From a virus (lineage: Duplodnaviria > Caudoviricetes), in IMG/VR virus record IMGVR_UViG_3300008255_000374, positions 1 through 29,163 of that record: 29,163 nt of DNA. One strand, given 5' to 3'. Numbering within the stretch: the first letter of the stretch is position 1; each line of letters starts with the position of its first letter. The notes below the pieces were generated by a model that was not told the origin of the DNA, made no database searches, and saw only the letters and a program-made list of their open reading frames with translations. Shown here piece by piece: positions 25,886 to 29,163 of the stretch. The position numbers were made by a program, and so were the translations under genes.

Positions 25886-28234
25886 CTATCTCCGTTGCCC
25901 TCGTTCAAATAAACCTAGAGGTTCAACAAATGCGACGCCAATCATTGTATTCTGGTTATGGTCAGCCCAATTGGCTCGAAGTTTTACTCCGGTCGAAATA
26001 TAATCGAGTTCGGTTCCGGCAACGTCGACTTGTTCAGCGAGTGCTTGGTCAGCCACAAGGTAATCATTAATTGGATTGAACGGTGATCTTGTTCGATCAT
26101 GAATATTCCATGCCTGGATAGCGTCAGCATTCTTGATTAACCAGAAATTGGGCTTTCCGTTTGCATACCACAATGCGCCGTCTGCATTAGAATTGCCTTC
26201 GTAATTGACCGACTTGCATAAGTTCGTCTCGAAGAAAAGTATAATGATATGTGATCCGGTATTTTCATTTACTGTGCCCGCAGTGCCGAGAGTAACGAAT
26301 GATGACGTTGGTGCGGTACTATTCCAAATTGTTGAATTAACCGCCTGGGCTGCGGTATGAAAAAACAAATAATACGACGCGTCCGTTAATTTCTCATGCC
26401 AGATGGACCAATTGTTTGCGCCGGTCGATCGGTTTTTTACGATTTGCATAAATGGTGCACTGCCGAATTCAGCCGGAATACCGAGCGTAGCACCCGCAAC
26501 CCCGTTTCCGGTGTAGGTGCCAATTGCCATACCTAGGGTCGCATTGTATTTCCAAGTAACCGGAATTGTACCAGAGGAATTAACTTCATCTGTTGGCAGT
26601 CTTGCACACCACGCAACGAAGGTGGCGCCTGAGTCGTTGACCGTGTTATTGCTACCAACGGTAAACCCATCCGCATCAAACGACGTTATACTTTCTGCAA
26701 TCGTGCTTTCTGCGTCGAGTGTATCTACCAATAAACGTTTTGTCGCACCTCGAAGACTATCTTGAAACTCGTGATTAGTCGCGACCGAGCGGCCTTTAAT
26801 CCATACCAAATCCGGTTGAAACCCGACGCCGGTAATTGACTGGCCGCCAGAACCAATCGCCACACCGTCACCGGTATAGAGAACAGTATTGAAATGCTGC
26901 CCAAGCCGTTCCGTGACGGTCGGAAGGTTGGCCGTGCAAAGCGCCTTGAAAACTGGATTAGATGGACTATATGACCAATCCGCCTGATTGTTTTCGTAGG
27001 TGATAATCGGGTATGTCGCTGCGCCGGAATATCCAACTTCAATGAACCAATGAGTGTCTGTTGCTAAATGTCCGGTTACGACACTGGCAAATAACACCCC
27101 GTTCTTGTAAAGGGTCACTGTGTCCGTATCGAAATCAACCTCAAGCGCAAATACGTCATTGGTGGTGCCCCCACCTGTTCCTATGACTACGCCAGCACCC
27201 CCGTCGATATACTTATAGACTGTGGTATCAGTGACCTGGATTGAAATGGCCTTTCCTACGATGTGCGCCGGATAACTTCCTACCGGTGCCGATTTTCCAA
27301 TTAGACCAAACCTTGGCCCAGGTAAGCCACCCGAACTTCCCGACAAGTCGATCTTGAACGGAAGATTGAATTTACCCGAAGACATCGCCAATGTTCCACG
27401 CTTACCACTACTGCCCGTTGCTGTAGTCCAGGTCCTATTGCCGTTTGATAAAGACGAAACCGTGCCGTTATTGAAAAGGGGGTTTAGTGTGTCTAGATTT
27501 GATACAGTCCTAGATTGCTTATCAGTTGGTGAATCCTTAGACTGGGTAATTGTTCCGTTTACGGTGAACGAATTCCCATTAATGCGGTCAAACCCTAACG
27601 ATCCCGACCGATAAAAATCTAAATAAAATCCGTTCGAACCATAAGATCCAGTATATCTTTTTGGAACCCAGGCACCGTATTCGTCTTCTTCAGCAAAATC
27701 AGACACCGTGTTCAGACTTCCGTGATTCGTGAAGTGAATTTCTGCCATATATGATTCATTGTATTGTGCAACCGCAATCGGGTTGAATCCTATCGTATGC
27801 TGAACATTATTTGCAAACCATAAATCTTCATTAGCAATTGCAGTTGAAACGGTTCTAGCGGTTACTTCTGATCCATTCACATATAGTTTCATGTCAGACG
27901 TAGCATCAACTGTAATAAAGAAGTGCTGCCAAGACGAAGGATCACGATAAAACGGTGTCCAGGTAATTTCCAATTTCGTTACGCCGCCCGTTCTAGCGAG
28001 TGAATAAATTTGGCTGCCAACTCGATAAATATAATGAAAATTATTTGCATCTTGATGAGCATAAAAAAGCATGTTATTAGCAGAAGAACAGATTTTCTCC
28101 CACCAGCTTAGACTGAAAGTTTTTCTATCTCCGCCAGAAGAAGGCGTCCAAGTCAAATAACCACTGCTTCCATCAAAGCGTGCAGAATTTAGAATTGAAT
28201 ATCCGTAGTGTTGCGTAGGGCGAATGATATGCAT
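25886..28234 (-). CDS. Adhesin/tail-fibre-like protein, paralog A (no adaptor domain)
   Basis: NSARFDG...YMAEIHF...YGSNGFYLDF; SPRY-like middle; GFQPDLVWIKGR; FVAWC; TAATG overlap with the upstream gene. Confidence 0.75.
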   Translation of the reverse strand: MHIIRPTQHYGYSILNSARFDGSSGYLTWTPSSGGDRKTFSLSWWEKICSSANNMLFYAHQDANNFHYIYRVGSQIYSLARTGGVTKLEITWTPFYRDPSSWQHFFITVDATSDMKLYVNGSEVTARTVSTAIANEDLWFANNVQHTIGFNPIAVAQYNESYMAEIHFTNHGSLNTVSDFAEEDEYGAWVPKRYTGSYGSNGFYLDFYRSGSLGFDRINGNSFTVNGTITQSKDSPTDKQSRTVSNLDTLNPLFNNGTVSSLSNGNRTWTTATGSSGKRGTLAMSSGKFNLPFKIDLSGSSGGLPGPRFGLIGKSAPVGSYPAHIVGKAISIQVTDTTVYKYIDGGAGVVIGTGGGTTNDVFALEVDFDTDTVTLYKNGVLFASVVTGHLATDTHWFIEVGYSGAATYPIITYENNQADWSYSPSNPVFKALCTANLPTVTERLGQHFNTVLYTGDGVAIGSGGQSITGVGFQPDLVWIKGRSVATNHEFQDSLRGATKRLLVDTLDAESTIAESITSFDADGFTVGSNNTVNDSGATFVAWCARLPTDEVNSSGTIPVTWKYNATLGMAIGTYTGNGVAGATLGIPAEFGSAPFMQIVKNRSTGANNWSIWHEKLTDASYYLFFHTAAQAVNSTIWNSTAPTSSFVTLGTAGTVNENTGSHIIILFFETNLCKSVNYEGNSNADGALWYANGKPNFWLIKNADAIQAWNIHDRTRSPFNPINDYLVADQALAEQVDVAGTELDYISTGVKLRANWADHNQNTMIGVAFVEPLGLFERGQRR

Positions 28235-28905
28235 TAGGTTCTGTATCCGATGAGGTAGACTTTCAATCCAACTCCCGGAACAGTGCTGCCAACTTGATCA
28301 ATGTCAATTGTGATTTCGGTATCATCAGACAACGATGTATCAGAAATCACAGCAGGGGTTGCTGCGGTTGTTGAGGTTTTTTCTGTTGCATCAATCGATA
28401 ATTTGGTAGAAAGAATCGAAGATCCACCGTCGTTTATATCAACAATAATGGTTGAACCGGTAGGAGCTGTTGTGACGCTTGCACGGACGCTAACTAAGGT
28501 AAACGCGTAAGGCATGCGGAACGATACCACTCCGTTGCCAACTTCAATATCGTTTATTTCGTCTGAACACGCAAGTGTAATACTCTCTCGATTGTAGATT
28601 GCAGTATCGGTTGTTCTTAGGAATGTGGACAAATCAATGTCGTCTGCATTTGGACTTCCCAACCAGACGGCATAAATGTCAACACCTAGTGAGGGAGCAG
28701 AGGTAAATTCTAGAGTTGCCGCAAACGGTGTTGATTCGATTGTATAAGCAGACGTTGGTTCTTGGATAACTCCACCAACTACCACAAGAAGACCGTTTAC
28801 AGAAGAAACCGGATCCACAAGATTAAAACTTGTGGTTGCTCCGTCACCAACAAAGTCGGCCTTCTTGAAAATTTGAAGTGCTGGAGGTAATCCAATATAG
28901 CTCAT
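28234..28905 (-). CDS. Two-domain virion structural/adaptor protein (baseplate- or fibre-associated)
   Basis: N-terminal MSYIG..P...FVGDGATTSFNL...VGGVIQEP..AY...FTSAP repeat-type domain typical of T4-like baseplate/fibre proteins; C-terminal beta domain FRMPYAFTL..VRAS...APTGS..IVDIN...IDIDQVGS; RBS AGGAG. Confidence 0.75.
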   Translation of the reverse strand: MSYIGLPPALQIFKKADFVGDGATTSFNLVDPVSSVNGLLVVVGGVIQEPTSAYTIESTPFAATLEFTSAPSLGVDIYAVWLGSPNADDIDLSTFLRTTDTAIYNRESITLACSDEINDIEVGNGVVSFRMPYAFTLVSVRASVTTAPTGSTIIVDINDGGSSILSTKLSIDATEKTSTTAATPAVISDTSLSDDTEITIDIDQVGSTVPGVGLKVYLIGYRT

Positions 28906-28923
28906 TTCTGCTCCTAGAATAAA

Positions 28924-28943
28924 TCTTTTTGTTATTTAGTCTT
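28924..28943 (-). promoter_or_regulatory. Late promoter, extended motif AAGACTAAATAACAAAAAGA
   Basis: Exact reverse complement of 5200-5219; overlaps the last codons of the upstream endonuclease ORF. Confidence 0.7.
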
Positions 28944-29163
28944 GTTCCATTCTGATTCCCAAATTGAGATAACCCGGTAACCGGCTTCTTCTAATTTCTG
29001 CTGTCGTATCAGTGTTCGTTCGTGGAGTTCACCAAAAGTGCATTTGGTTCTAGGGTTAATTTCATGTGGATTGAAAATATCAGGGTTTCCATGCCAAAAA
29101 TCACCGTTGAATTCATATATTGTACCGGTCTCTGGGTCGAATCCGTCAACTATTGATCCGCTA
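28932..29163 (-). CDS. C-terminal part of a Vsr-like / PD-(D/E)xK endonuclease (not in the ORF track; truncated by window edge)
   Basis: Manual translation from 29162: SGSIVDGFDPETGTIYEFNGDFWHGNP...QQKLEEAGYRVISIWESEWNKTK*; shares EFNG.FWH and IWESEW with the 2876-4720 protein. Confidence 0.85.
   Translation of the reverse strand, partial: SGSIVDGFDPETGTIYEFNGDFWHGNPDIFNPHEINPRTKCTFGELHERTLIRQQKLEEAGYRVISIWESEWNKTK

Noticed and set aside
17196-28234. Diversity-generating retroelement or shufflon acting on the adhesin paralogs
   Set aside because: No reverse transcriptase or recombinase in the window, all genes are co-oriented, and no ~100-bp template/variable repeat pair with adenine-specific mismatches was seen.
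1-29163. Alternative genetic code (stop-codon reassignment), as in some jumbo phages
   Set aside because: Genes are full-length and densely packed under the standard code, and TAA, TGA and TAG all end plausible proteins.
1-29163. CRISPR array, tRNA, rRNA, introns or inteins
   Set aside because: No regularly spaced repeats or cloverleaf motifs seen, intergenic gaps are short, and ligase and ThyX are uninterrupted.

Overview
This window looks like part of a large T4-superfamily (jumbo-type) myophage genome in the standard genetic code. Plus strand: the 3' half of an intact IS200/IS605 TnpB with its structured omega-RNA/right end, then a late structural block (tail tube, a second tube-fold protein, gp4-like head completion nuclease, a large free-standing endonuclease, acidic putative head proteins). 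An early/middle block follows behind sigma70-like promoters (MoxR-like AAA+ ATPase with a metallopeptidase-VWA partner, NAD-dependent DNA ligase, metallophosphoesterase, small conserved phage ORFs, ThyX). After a bidirectional hairpin, a convergent 12.4-kb minus-strand late cluster carries four paralogous LamG/SPRY-type adhesin-like proteins, two small adaptor genes and a fibre-assembly-like gene; the window ends in a second, truncated endonuclease. The most notable signals: (i) the adhesin array looks modular, with an adaptor domain fused in two paralogs and split off in another, one inserted sugar-binding-like domain, and paralog pairings that switch along the gene near short DNA identities; (ii) the TnpB guide runs into the tail-tube late promoter; (iii) a TAAATA late-promoter motif recurs, with a 14-20 nt extended version. 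All family assignments are from motif recognition by eye; no database search was run.
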